Positions 11,790-23,607 of a DNA stretch of 64,000 nt are shown here, one piece after another. The stretch covers positions 24,457,247 to 24,521,246 of the forward strand of contig NC_081385.1 in assembly GCF_030684315.1 (NCBI RefSeq), given 5' to 3'. The translations under genes and the position numbers were made by a program. The number at the start of each line of letters is the position of its first letter. Position 1 is the stretch's first letter. The stretch is from Stegostoma tigrinum (lineage: Eukaryota). Below the pieces are notes generated by a model. That model was not told where the DNA came from. It did no database searches and saw only the letters and a list, made by a program, of their open reading frames with translations.

Positions 11790-14610
11790 GCCTGGCCCGT
11801 ATCCCTCCAAACCTTTCCTATTCATGTACTTATCCAAATGTCTTTTAAACATTGCAATTCTACCTGCATCCACCACTTCCTCAGGAATGTCATTCCACAC
11901 GTGAACCATCCTCTGTGTAAAAAAAAGTTGCTCCTTATGTCTTTTTGAAATCTTTCTCCTCTCTCCTTAAACAAATGCTTCCTAGTCTCGAAATCCGCCA
12001 TCCTAGGGAAATGACAATTACCAATAGCTCTATCTATATCTCTCATTATTTTATAAACTTCTCTTAGGTCGCCTCTCAACCTCCTCTGCTTCATTGAAAA
12101 ATGTCCCAGCCTATCCAGCCTTTCTTTATAAATTAAACCTTCCATCCTGTTAAGTCTCTCCTGAACTCTCTCTAGATTGATAATATTCTTTCCTATAACT
12201 GGGTGTCCAGAACTGGATATAATATTCCAGGAAAGGCCTCACCAATGTCCCATACAACATCATCATGACTTCTCAACCCCTACACTCAAAGGATTGAGCA
12301 ATGAGCAAATGCTTTTTTAACCATCCTGTCTATGTAAGATGCAAACTTCAAAGAATTATGTACCTGAAAGCATGGGTCCCTCTGTTCTACAACACTACCC
12401 AAGGCCTTATCATTAATTGTACAAGCCCTACCCTTGTTGTACCAAAATGCAAAGCCTCACATTTATCCAGATTGAACTCCATCTACTGTATTTCAGTCTA
12501 TTGACCCATTTTGTCAAGATCCCTTGGTAACCTTAGAAAAGCTTCTTTACTTCTACTATGCCACCAATTTTGGTGTCGTCTGCAAATTTTCTAGCCCTGC
12601 CTACTATATTCTCATTCAGATCATTTACATAAATGACACAAAAGAGGACCCAGAACCGATCCAAGTGGAACACTGCTGCTCACAGGATTGTAATCCAAAA
12701 AGCAACCCTCCACTATTACTCTCTGTCTCCAGTTGTTAATCCAATTATGTGTGCAATTGGCAAGCTCACCCTGAATCCCATGTGACTTAACTTTACTAAT
12801 TCATCTACCATGCAGAACGTTGTCTAAGTCTTCGCTAAAATCAAAATAAACAATATCTACTGCTCTGCCATCATCAATCTAGAACATAGAACATTACAGC
12901 ACAGTACAGGCCCTTCGGCCCTCAATGTTGTGCTGACCTGTCATACCAATCTCAAGCCCATCTAACCTACACTATTCCATGTACGTCCATATGCTTATCC
13001 AATGACGACTTAAACGTACCTAAAGTTGGTGAATCTACTACTGTTGCAGGCAAAGCGTTCCATTCCCTTACTACTCTCTGAGTAAAGAAACTACCTCTGA
13101 TATCTGTCCTATACCTTTCACCCCTCAATTTAAAGCTATGCCCCCTCGTACTCGCCGTCACCATCCTAGGAAAAAGACTCTCCCTATCCACCCTATCTAA
13201 CCCTCTGATTATTTTATATGTTTCAATTAAGTCACCTCTCAACCTTCTTCTCTCTGATGAAAACAGCCTCAAGTCCCACAGCCTTTCCTCGTAAGACCTT
13301 CCCTCCATACCAGGCAACATCCTAGTAAATCTCCTCTGCACCCTTTCCAAAGCTTCCACATCCTTCTTACAATGCGGTGACCAGAACTGTACACGATACT
13401 CCAAGTGCGGCCGCACCAGAGTTTTGTACAGCTTCACCATAACCTCTTGGTTCCGGAACTCGAGCCCTCTAGTAATAAAAGCTAAAACACTGTATGCCTT
13501 TTTAACAGCCCTGTCAACCTGGGTGGCAACTTTCAAGGATCTATGTACACGGACACCGACACATGGACAATCTTTTTGATAACGTCCTCAAAAAATTCAA
13601 TCAAGTTTGTGAGACATGATTTTCCTTGCACAAAACTATGCTGAATATCCCTAATCAACTTTTGCCTCTATAAATATCCATAAATCCTAGTTTTTTTATA
13701 ATCACCTCCAACAATTTACCCACAGCAAAAGTCAGACTCACAAGTCTACAGTTCCTCAATTTCTCCTTACAACCTTTCCTCAACAAAGGTACAACATTAG
13801 CCACCCTCCAGTCATCAGGCACCTCACACATAGTTATAGATGTTGCAAATATTTCTGCAAGAGGTCTTATAATTTCCTCTCTTACTTCCCACAACATTCC
13901 AGGATACATTTGATCAGCTCCCAGAGATTCATCCACCTTTATATTCTCTAAGACCTCCAAAACTTCCTTTTCTATTATGTGAACTGTTGTTCAAACATTA
14001 CAATTTATTTCTCTTCATTCTTGAGGCTCCATTTCTTACCGCATAATAAAAAAAAGATGCAAAATATTCAGTTAATATCTCTCCCATCTTCTGGGGTTCA
14101 ACACAAAGACAACCTCTTTGATCTTTAAGAAGCTCTACATTCTCTCTATTTACCTTGTTGCAGTTAATCTACTTGTGGAATTTCTTTGGATTATCCTTAA
14201 ATTTATATGCCAATGCTATTCATATCCTGTCTTTGCCTTCCTGATTTGTCTCTTAAGAATGCCCCTACACTCTTTATATTGATTAAGAGATTCTCTTGAA
14301 CCAAAATTGTTTGATTCTAAAATTAGATTCTCTTTTATTCTTGACTAGAACCTCAATATCTTTATTCATCCATTGTTCCTTTATCTTACCAGCCTTACCC
14401 TTCATTGTAACAGGAACAAAATTCTTCTGAACTCTCGTTATCACCCTCTTGAACACCTCCCACTTGTCAGATGTCCTTTTACTTGTGAACAATCTACTCC
14501 CATCACCTTTTCAAAGTTCATGTCTCATACCATTAAAATTTGCCTTACTTCAATTAAAAATTTTAACTTTTATGAAAGGCTCATCCTTTTCCACAACCAT
14601 TTCCTTTAAC
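11790..14610 (-). mobile_element. Older fragmented CR1 LINE (ORF2 RT region) interrupted by a younger CR1
   Basis: ORF pieces 11822-12145 (RLRGDLREVYKIM), 13655-13960 (VPDDWRVANVVPL) and 14283-14492, with many stops and frameshifts. Confidence 0.9.
12881..13567 (-). mobile_element. Young 5'-truncated CR1 LINE nested in an older CR1
   Basis: Intact 189-aa ORF2 C-terminus (LYKTLVRPHLEY...RVVREWNALP), (tgttcta)n tail, flanked by caatct at 12875-12880 and 13568-13573. Confidence 0.93.
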
Positions 14611-14697
14611 CTGCACGTAGCTCCAAAAACATCAAAGAATGCCACAGGATGAAAGCATTGTGGAAGTTTCCTGAGAACTGATGCCACTGCTAGCATA

Positions 14698-14813
14698 GAT
14701 AACAAAGTGTGAAGCTGGGTGAACACAGCAGGCCAAGCAGCATCTCAGAAGCACAAAAGCTGACGTTTCGGGCCGAGACCCTTTTCCAGCATCTGCAGTT
14801 CCCATTATCTCTG
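14698..14813. mobile_element. Short Penelope-like insertion with a 15-bp target-site duplication
   Basis: gccactgctagcata at 14683-14697 and 14814-14828; internal sequence matches the pseudo-LTR at 36396. Confidence 0.85.
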
Positions 14814-15829
14814 GCCACTGCTAGCATAATCATTTCTAGCGTCTGGCCATGAATTGGGGAAGTGGAAGGTTTTGAGGGTCACAAACATTCCTTGTTGATC
14901 TGGCAATATCAGGGTTGCTACATATACATATAGTCAATGATACCTATGGAAAGCCTGAGAGTTATGAACCCAAGCACTCACTCCAACTGACCAGCATCAT
15001 TAGAAGTGAAGTTCACAACCTTTGCAAACTAAGTACTTGTGGATTTCTGGCTGGCAGGCCGTAGACAGAGGCATCCAGGACCATTATAACTGTAGCAATG
15101 GCCAGTAAGATGTGACTACTTGGTCCAGCAGAAACGTTTCCCCTTCTGCAGTTATCCAAGGCCACCGTACATGAGAGCCTGAATCCCGACTGTTTTGAGC
15201 TGTCAAGAAAACTCAGCCTCTGCCTTTGTTGTGGCAGATGCTTCTTGCGAACTGTAAATTTCTCTTTGTCTCTCTGCTGTCGATCAGATGCGGTCTCTAA
15301 ACAGCAGGCAGCCTGTTGGCTGAAATCTGAGATTACTAGAGGTGCTATCCTGATGTGATTCAGAAAAATTCCAAGAAGTAGAAAGAAAACTCCCAGCAGG
15401 AATACTATGAATGCCTACTCTTCCAGGTTGTAAAAAAGATCCTATGTATTCATGCTGTCCTTTTTTTCTCCGTTTTTAAAATTTCATTTTGTCAACATGA
15501 TTTTCTTGGAAATATAGGTGTGTGAGATCAGGTCTCAAGTAATGTTTGGCAGATGAGACACTTTAATCCCACTGGGCATCCTGCCTGTGCATATGATGAC
15601 TGTGGGGTTGTGGATATAGCTAAGCAACTTTATAGTGTTCAAGCATTTTCTGACCTAAAATGCAACCTCTTCTTTACAATGCAAAAACCTTTAGCTCTCT
15701 CGGGGCAGTGACTTGAAATGAATTCAGGGATTTATACATACACCAATTAAGATGTTGTTGGAAAAATTTAGCATAATCTGTGAAGGAAAATATCTGAGTT
15801 AATGTTTTGGGTCCAGCGACTGAGGAAGT

Positions 15830-16480
15830 GTGTCGGGTTATACGTTGTCACGTTACCACGTTACCATACATCAAGAACTCATCTGAGCTGACCACAAAAC
15901 TCCTACAGCCACTGGGTATCAGACAACTCAACATCAACCCTACGTCAACTGCTAATAAGAACCAAAGACCCCTTACCCACTATGGACAGAGCCAATGTAA
16001 TATAAAAAGTTTCGTGAAAGGACTGCGGCAAACATCACATTGGACTGACAGGAAGAAAACTGGCTATGGGAACACATGAACGCCAACTAGCAACAAAAAG
16101 ACATGACCAATACTCATTCATCTCCATTCATAGGGATGAGTAGAACTACCAGTTCAAATGGGACAACGTTGGGATCCTAGGACAAGCCAGATACAAGCAT
16201 GGGAATTTCTAGAGGCCTGATTCTCCACCAAGAAGGCAATCAATAAACACATTGAATTAAACCTTATATACATCACTGCAAAGAAAAGCTGGAAATGAGG
16301 TAATCAATTCCAACGGACTCCAGAGTTTAAAAACCAGGCAGGAAAACACAACAGCACTTCACTGGAGACTACACTGCTGATGTTACCCAGCAGGGTAATG
16401 GAACGTCAGCAAACTAACGAACCAGCTCGGCAAGAGATCCAACCACAGCATCCACAACCCAAGCTACAAATCTACTCAAG
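15830..16480 (+). mobile_element. Penelope-like element 3' fragment (RT C-terminus and GIY-YIG endonuclease, decayed)
   Basis: TLPYIKNSSELTTKLLQPLGI...KDPL...NVIYK...C..HIG.TGRKL...HE...WDNV.IL...EFLEA across frameshifts. Confidence 0.85.
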
Positions 16481-16629
16481 AACATTCTGTGGTCAATCCT
16501 TTACATACCACTCACTAAGTTCATTGGTGGTCTTAAGCACGGACATACCAGCTAACATCCTCAAAACATGAACACAAAGATGTTTCCAAACTGCCCATGA
16601 ATATGCAGTAGTACTGGCAGTGTGCAATC

Positions 16630-17262
16630 ACAGCAGGGAATAAGGAAAGCAAATGTAATTTTGACATTTATTGCTTAAACAATACAGTGTGAAAGGAGCA
16701 AACTATTGGTACAACTGCACAAGGCAGTAGTAAGACTGCACTTGAAGTAATGTTACAATTTTAACCCCCTTAATTGAGGAGCGATGCAGTTGATGTGGGG
16801 ATGGCTCAAAGGAGGTACACCAGATTGACTCCAGAGATGAGAAGAGAGATTAGGCAGTTTATACACATTGTCTCCACAATTTAGAAGAATGTGAGGCGAT
16901 CTAACTGATCTAAATAAGATGCTAAGGGTGTATGACAAAGTAGGTGTAGCAAGGGTGTTTCCTTAGGCAGAACTTTAGAATGAAGTCACAGTTTTAGGAT
17001 AATGGGTGGCTGATGTATCACAGAGATGAGGAGATTACTTCTTTCAAAGGGTCATGAATCTGTGGAATTTCCAGTTTGTCGTTGATGTAGGGACATTCAG
17101 TCAATTTAAAGAGCAGATTGACAGATAATTAATCATTCATGGGTTGAAGGGTTATGGAAAGCGGGCAGGAAAGTAGGCCAAGATGAAATCAGCTGCAATC
17201 ATATTAAATGAAGGAAAGGTGCAAGGCGCTGAATTGCCTGTTCCTGCTCCCAAGTTCTTAAA
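16630..17262 (+). mobile_element. Old CR1 LINE 3' fragment
   Basis: Decayed tttagaagaatgtgaggcgatctaactga...cttt caaagggtcatgaatctgtggaatt, with a CR1-type 3' UTR. Confidence 0.7.
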
Positions 17263-17303
17263 TTCTTGAGTTGCAATTAAAGAGCTGAGAATCTTTAAAA
17301 TAG

Positions 17304-17338
17304 TCTTTGCACCTGGCAAGAGTTGTCCTCCAACACAG
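17304..17338 (+). CDS. IgSF gene A, candidate micro-exon 2: (V)FAPGKSCPPTQ
   Basis: aaatag| acceptor, CAG|gtaagc donor, 35 nt, phase 1 to 0, open frame. Needed with the next exon to bridge the phase-1 leader to the phase-2 V exon. Confidence 0.55.
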
Positions 17339-17766
17339 GTAAGCTCCAAAAGGACAATAATTACTGACTGCAGCTGATTCATATCTTCTTTTAATTTGTT
17401 GGGGAATTAGATTCTTAACTTTATGCAACACCCTAATATCTCTTCTCTTTTAACATAAAAGTAGTAATGTAAGTATATATTAACACTGACTAGGAGTAGG
17501 CCATTCAGACTTTTGAAACTCTATGTTATCATATTCAGTCATAGCTGAACCCTCAGTTTTGCTCCACGTTTTTTCCTTTTCTCCTCAATTTGATATTTTT
17601 ATCTCACCAAGGTCTAAAAGTAGGGATCAACAATACCTCAATTTATCATCGGTGTTAACATTTAAACAGACTTTTGCAACACCACAATTTATGATTAACA
17701 TCTGTGGCAATTTACTACTCCAAATACTATATATAAAATATTGCAACGTACAACTTTAACCTTTAG

Positions 17767-17834
17767 AAGGGTTATACGGTTCAGCTTAAAGAAAATATGG
17801 AATTAGATCACTCAGCTAATGCAGAATCAGTAAG
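17767..17834 (+). CDS. IgSF gene A, candidate micro-exon 3: KGYTVQLKENMELDHSANAESV(R)
   Basis: ctttag| acceptor, AG|gtaaca donor, 68 nt, phase 0 to 2, open frame. Confidence 0.55.
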
Positions 17835-19375
17835 GTAACAATATATATACTTTGGCCTTGGAATTTCAAAAGATCTGCAGCTCTAATTGTGCATAAACTT
17901 CAGAGATCAATATAAGTATTTGAGAAAATCTACATGTATTCCTTTCTCTTTGGAATTCTATCAGTGTCCAATCAGAGATAAAGCAGGAAACTTGGGCAAC
18001 CCTTGGAATTGCATGGAAATTGTGGGTCTTTATGTGCCTAAACTCAAATGAAATTACTTAATAAAGTTCATATCTTATGAAATAGTTGTTGGTTTCATTA
18101 AAAAAAATACTATTTTAAAATCACACGGTGACTTTTTTTAGCATTCTAATTCTGTAAAAGCAATTATTTGAAACTCCCTGGTTACTTTATGTATGCATAT
18201 AGCTAAGTTTTTTTAATCTAATTAATTAAATTGTTCATTTCTCACTGTCAAAGTTTACGTGATCATAGTTTCCATTGCATTTGAGATGGTTAGATATAAA
18301 CTCATGTCTATTGTTAATGTTTTATCACTTTTAGTATATCACCTTTGCAGTGGTCAGTTTCTTAGATATTTTATAAATATCATGTAGGGCAATGTGGTTG
18401 AGTTTTAATGGCCACTAAAATGCCAGTGCAAGCACTCACTTGAGTCAAGCTGCCACATAAAAATGGCACTGTGAATGTATTTACCATCCTAGAATAGCAG
18501 AGGTTCAAAAAGGCAGCAATTTTTTTGAGATAGACAGTAATGCTGACCTTTTACATTACGTTCAATTTTTAAAAAAAGTCAGTGTCTTAAATGCCAGTTT
18601 CTCAGGCTTACAGATTTCATTCTTAGGCATTTGATTGGTCAGTAGATTGACTTTAAAGACAGACTACCTGGGACAAATTGCACATGGACCTTGTTTCTAT
18701 TTGGACACTCCAGGAGTGTTCCCTGCATCTGGATAACCTCACGTGTGGGAATTGCTGCCAGTTGTTTGAGCTCAAGCCACAATCAACATGCGATAAGTGA
18801 CTGGAGTCACTGAAATGCAGTTGAGAATCAAAGACTGAGTACTTGACTGGTGTGGTGACCTCCGAAGACAATTTGCTGTAACAAAATGAGGGAATGGAAA
18901 AGGCACAGGCAGTGTAGAAATTCACCATAGTAATAGACTTACAAACTAGATTATTGTTTTGGATGAGTGCAGACAGTCAGGTCTCCTTGAAGAAATGCAG
19001 CAATAATCAAAACCAACCAGATAGAAAATTGCTACAACACCAGAAAGATTTGAAATGCAACAGTCGTGTGTGAGTCAAAAATTAGGAGCGTAGCAACTGC
19101 AAGTGTGGCTCCCAGATATTGCCTGTCTACTGTCAGGCAAATAGTGAATGCTGTAATTTCCTTCATTATGGGGTCACTACTTTCTTTACAGCAAAAAGGT
19201 AAACATGTTCGGCGTGCACTGGTTAGACCGAAGGGTATGTCTCTGTGCTCTACGACTCAATGACTGCATGTCAATTATGACCATAGATAAACAGATATTA
19301 AATATTATCCATTATTTGTCGGTCAGTCTGATTGGGTCTAAGATTACTGATAATTGATATATTTTGTTCCATTAG

Positions 19376-19695
19376 GAACAACATCCTGAGAGGAAAGCCA
19401 GCCATATTAAACTGCACATTTAATTATATTGCAAATGACAGTAATTGGATCTACATATTCTGGTACAAGACCTCACAGGGGATTACTGAGAGAATAACCA
19501 GAGAATATTCAGAGAATAATCTGACCTGCATCCCTGACATTGCTCCACACACTGTTAGCCACTGTGCTGCAACTCTGATGATCAAAAATGTTTCTTTTAG
19601 AATGTCTGATTCAAATTATACATGTGTGGTGAAGGTACCAACTATCTACCCACCAATTGAGGAAGAGGGACCAGGCACACAATTGCATGTTTATG
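19376..19695 (+). CDS. IgSF gene A, V-set exon with germline-encoded J-like motif
   Basis: GKPAILNC...IFWYK...ATLMIKNV...YTC...IYPP...GPGTQLHV. Acceptor ttccattag|, donor G|gtaaag, phase 2 to 1. Confidence 0.93.
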
Positions 19696-20634
19696 GTAAA
19701 GTGCATATTCTATTACAAATGTTTGCAAATATGGCATAACTACTTATTTAAAAAGCATCAGAAATTTAAAATTAAGGGAATATCATGCCCTTTGATTTCA
19801 TTAATGAATTGCTGAAACAATGAACAGGATTTTGCATTTTAGTATCTCAGTGTTGAGGTCAAATTGAGGTTCCGACGCTTCACTCTATTAGTACAATCAC
19901 ATGGTCATGATTTTTGGCCAGACATTGTGCATCCTGCCAAATTAAAGCTGGCCCGTAAAGCGGGAAAGTCAACAAGGCTTTCTCCAACAGTCCACTGTTG
20001 TAGGTGAAGGAGAGAGACAATGCCTCTATCTTTAGATATTTTCTGCACACTTTTGAAACATGAGAAGTAAAAAATAGTTCTGACTGTCAGGCCACCACTG
20101 TGGAAGGGGGAGCCACAATATAAGGTGGCCTGAAGCCATGGCTGTGATTGAGTAGGCAGGGAGAGCCTGTAGCCTATTATACCAGCCAGCATATCTGCCA
20201 CCTGGAAATCACCTTCAGGAAGTTGGCTTACTCTGGAAATTCCAGTTAGCCATTGAAAATTGGCCTCAAGTGACTTTCCATTCACTTGAATTGGCTATGA
20301 GTCACTTGTGGCCTGATGGTAGGATGATATTGGTAAACTGGCATGCACTGGTGTGGAAACATGTAGTCACTCACTGCCTCCAGACTTCTCACCCATTGGG
20401 TGGAAACTGAGTCTCATGTAAGTGCAATTACATGCAAGATAATTAGTTAAAGAAGTAATATTGAATTGATTAATTGAGAATTGTCACTGGGAGATTGCAA
20501 AATTTGCTTTTGGATATTGCATAATCACTTAGCTGCAATAGCTCAAATTAGGCTCATTTTCAAATATGCATCATGCTGGTATACTGTAATTCAATATTTT
20601 CCATTCTAATTCATGCTTTTTTTTGTCTCACTCA

Positions 20635-21137
20635 TGTTTTCATTAGAGAGAAGAAGGTTGAGAGGTGACTTAATAGAAACATATAAAATAATCAGAGGGT
20701 TAGATAGGCTGGATAGGGAGAGCCTTTTTCCTAGGATGGTGACGGCGAGCACGAGGGGGCATAGCTTTAAATTGAGGGGTGAAAGATATAGGACAGATGT
20801 CAGAGGTAGTTTCTTTACTCAGAGAGTAGTAAGGGAATGGAATGCTTTGCCTGCAACAGTAGTAGATTCGCCAACTTTAGGTACATTTAAGTCGTCATTG
20901 GATAAGCATATGGACGTACATGGAATAGTGTAGGTTAGATGGGCTTGAGATCGGTATGACAGGTCGGCACAACATTGAGGGCCGAAGACAATTTCACCTA
21001 GAATGTCTTCATCACAAACATCCGAGATGGATTTTTGCTTCATACAGAAAAGTTAAAAGAACAATGTGTTATCTTGGACATTCCAATTCAGCCTGTCAGA
21101 GGTGTACAGAGGTGTGCTGTAATGTTCTATGTTCTAT
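20635..21137 (+). mobile_element. Young CR1 3' fragment whose tail is interrupted by a 114-bp local inverted duplication
   Basis: Nearly identical to the reverse complement of about 12910-13265. The tail gagggccgaag breaks at about 20987 and resumes as gtgctgtaatgttctatgttcta at about 21115. Confidence 0.92.
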
Positions 21138-22327
21138 AATATTTCAACTTAACTTAAGATCTTGCAAAAAAATCAATTTCTTAGATCACTCATTCCTTGT
21201 AGGTGCAGTCTCTTACAAAAGGTATTTTCCACAAGTCCCACACAATTTCTGGAACCTATTGGCATCTTTAAACCACAGTGTAATCATAAACCATCATAAC
21301 AATATGAAAAAAGGATATATACTGCAGATTTATTATGACAATAGTGATCTATGACATAGGAAGAGGTGAGTTCCACTTTGAAATGCAATTGAACAGTTTG
21401 GGCTTAAAGATGTAACATTCTGAATTTCACATTGAAAACAACATTAGACTTCATGCGGATGAATATATTTTAGACAAAATCTTAAGGTTGAAAGACAATT
21501 TGTCAAAATATAGAAAACAGTTTTTATATGTCTGGCACTCAATGGATTAGGCAATCTTCCAAGACCAAAATAAAAATTATAAGCTTTGTGGACCCCAATG
21601 ATTCATTTATTGAAATGAAGTTGCCAAGTATGTAGAACCTGCTTGACATTAGCTTGTTATTGTCTTCTTTAGAGTTTGCATTCAGCTTGATTTAGTTCAC
21701 ATTTTATGTTACAGTTCCTCCATCTCCTCCAGCAATTTCTGTTACCGAGGAAATATTAGTAGCAGAAAAGGCATCTTCATTGTACTGCCTTGCTAGGGGT
21801 TTTTATCCTCGAAATATCTCCATTAAGTGGCTGCCAGCCATCCTGGATAATTCTCAATCTTCACCAGTGGATGCTGAAATGAGATATGTGATTCAAGAGT
21901 CCACTTTCAGGAATATTGATGGCACATTTAACACTACTAGTCAATTAACATTTGTTCCCACTTCAAAAGACCATGGATTAATCTATACTTGTCACTTCCA
22001 TCATTCAACAAGTGAAAATCAAATGATAAAGCAGATAAGGCTAAATGTGAACTGTAAGTATGTTACCTTAATGTATTTTTCTGATGGGCTGATGTTTTTG
22101 GCCTTTAATTTGTGGCATACTCCTAGCGTAAGCATGAAGGGGCCTAGATGCTGATTGCTTCCCTGAAGCTTTGCAAGATGATTATGCAATATTGGCATTG
22201 AGTGTACATATGATGACAGGCTGAATTGGAATGTCCAAGATAACACATTGTTCTTTTAACTTTTCTGTATGAAGCAAAAATCCATCTCAGATGTTTGTGA
22301 TGAAGACATTCTAGGTGAAATTGTCTT
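20985..22327. repeat. 114-bp inverted repeat pair (20985-21098 and 22214-22327) enclosing the C1 exon
   Basis: aagacaatttcacctagaatg...aattcagcctgtca and its reverse complement, with 1 mismatch (catccgag vs catctgag). Confidence 0.95.
21715..22053 (+). CDS. IgSF gene A, C1-set domain exon
   Basis: LYCLARGFYPRNISIKW...NIDGTFNTTSQL...YTCHFHH are classic C1 signatures (CxAxGFYP, NxDGTF, YxCxxxH). Acceptor ttacag|, donor T|gtaagt, 339 nt, phase 1-1. Confidence 0.95.
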
Positions 22328-23290
22328 ACATTAAATCGGGAATCCTAATGAACCTGGCCCTGTAAATGGAGTTTTGTTTTTGGCTTATCTTTTCACAGTG
22401 CAGAAAGAGTTCAATTTTGAATCTAGACGTTGTAGCTCGATTTGAAAATGTCATTTGGTAACTGAAGTTGCAAAGTCCTTGAAGTGAACAAACTGCTTAA
22501 ACACTGGGGAAAGAGCTGCTTTGTAGGAGTAAATTGAAGTGTTCCATTGAAAAAAATTGCAGAGCTCATACAGGCCAAATATATGCCTCAAAATTCTGTA
22601 AATCTCCAAAATTTGTTCATTGAATTGATAAATCTGATCTATGCTTACTCCTTCCTAAAATTAACGGTTTCAATACCAATGGATTTGCTTTAAACTGAGG
22701 AAAATAGGGACAAAAAGAGAAACAAGGAGACATTTCTTTCACTATCAAACATATTAGATAGGTTTTTGAAAATATGTAAATTGAGGGAAATATTGAAACG
22801 ATGAGATTTATCTCCTTAAAATGGTTTTAGGGCTTTGCCCTATTCACAAAACATCTTGTCAAGTACAGGCCAATTTTCTGGTAGACAATGATGGAACATA
22901 GGTTTACATTGAAAACTTTGCAAGCTTTTTATCACAATACCATTCACCGGAGCGATGACGACGATTCTTTACAAGAAGGAAGAAAGTAGAAATTCAAGAG
23001 TAAGTTAACATTTCGTTCTCTCTTGGACATTTTCAATACTGATTTGAACGTGATCTTGCAAGTGGTTGTCTACTTGTCTTTTGCTTAAGAATAAATATGA
23101 ATAAGATTCCACTTAACAAGCAATTCTTGCACAAATATTTTGCTTTTAAAGAGTTTTTTGGCCTAATATTTTACAATACAGAAAGGACACATTTGAGTGC
23201 TTTTAATTCCAGTCAGTTTTACTTATTCTCTGGCCAGGTTGAATCTACTTCTGTGACTAATTATTTCTCGTTTCCATTGTTCTGATTCAG

Positions 23291-23607
23291 ATAGTCCAAA
23301 ACTTGTCATATATTACAGGACTTCTGGCACAGATAGGTTCCATCGACTGAACCAAGACCACATCCACATTGAGCATCGGACATTTCTTGAACTAAACTGT
23401 ACAGTGAACAGTAACCCAGCAGCCACAGTAATTTTGAAAAAGAAATCCCAGGAAAAAAGTCTGCAATTGACAGCTGGAGTAAATGTTTCAATGCTGAAGA
23501 TTGCAAATATTGAATATTCAGACAGGGGAATGTATCTTTGTGAGCACAGAACGATTATGACTTCACAGAACTGCCTGTAAATATATACCTAAAATCTGAT
23601 TTGAGAA
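23291..23607 (+). CDS. IgSF gene A, third Ig domain exon (C2/I-set) with an apparent 1-nt deletion
   Basis: (Y)SPKLVI...LELNCTVNSNPAATV...LKIANIEYSDRGMYLCE, then TAA at 23578-23580. The shifted frame gives AQNDYDFTELPVNIYLKSDLR ending at A|gtaagt. Exon is 317 nt, one short of symmetric. Confidence 0.85.

Noticed and set aside
8979-22400. CACAGTG/CACTGTG heptamers (8979, 19560, 21274, 22394) as V(D)J recombination signals
   Set aside because: No ACAAAAACC-like nonamer at 12 or 23 bp, and none abuts a coding-segment end. V and J-like parts are already fused.
22885-22999. Exon-like segment with a strong donor and TM-like LCKLFITIPFTGAMTTILYKK between the C1 and domain-3 exons
   Set aside because: All three frames contain stops from the only reasonable acceptor; at best a relic.
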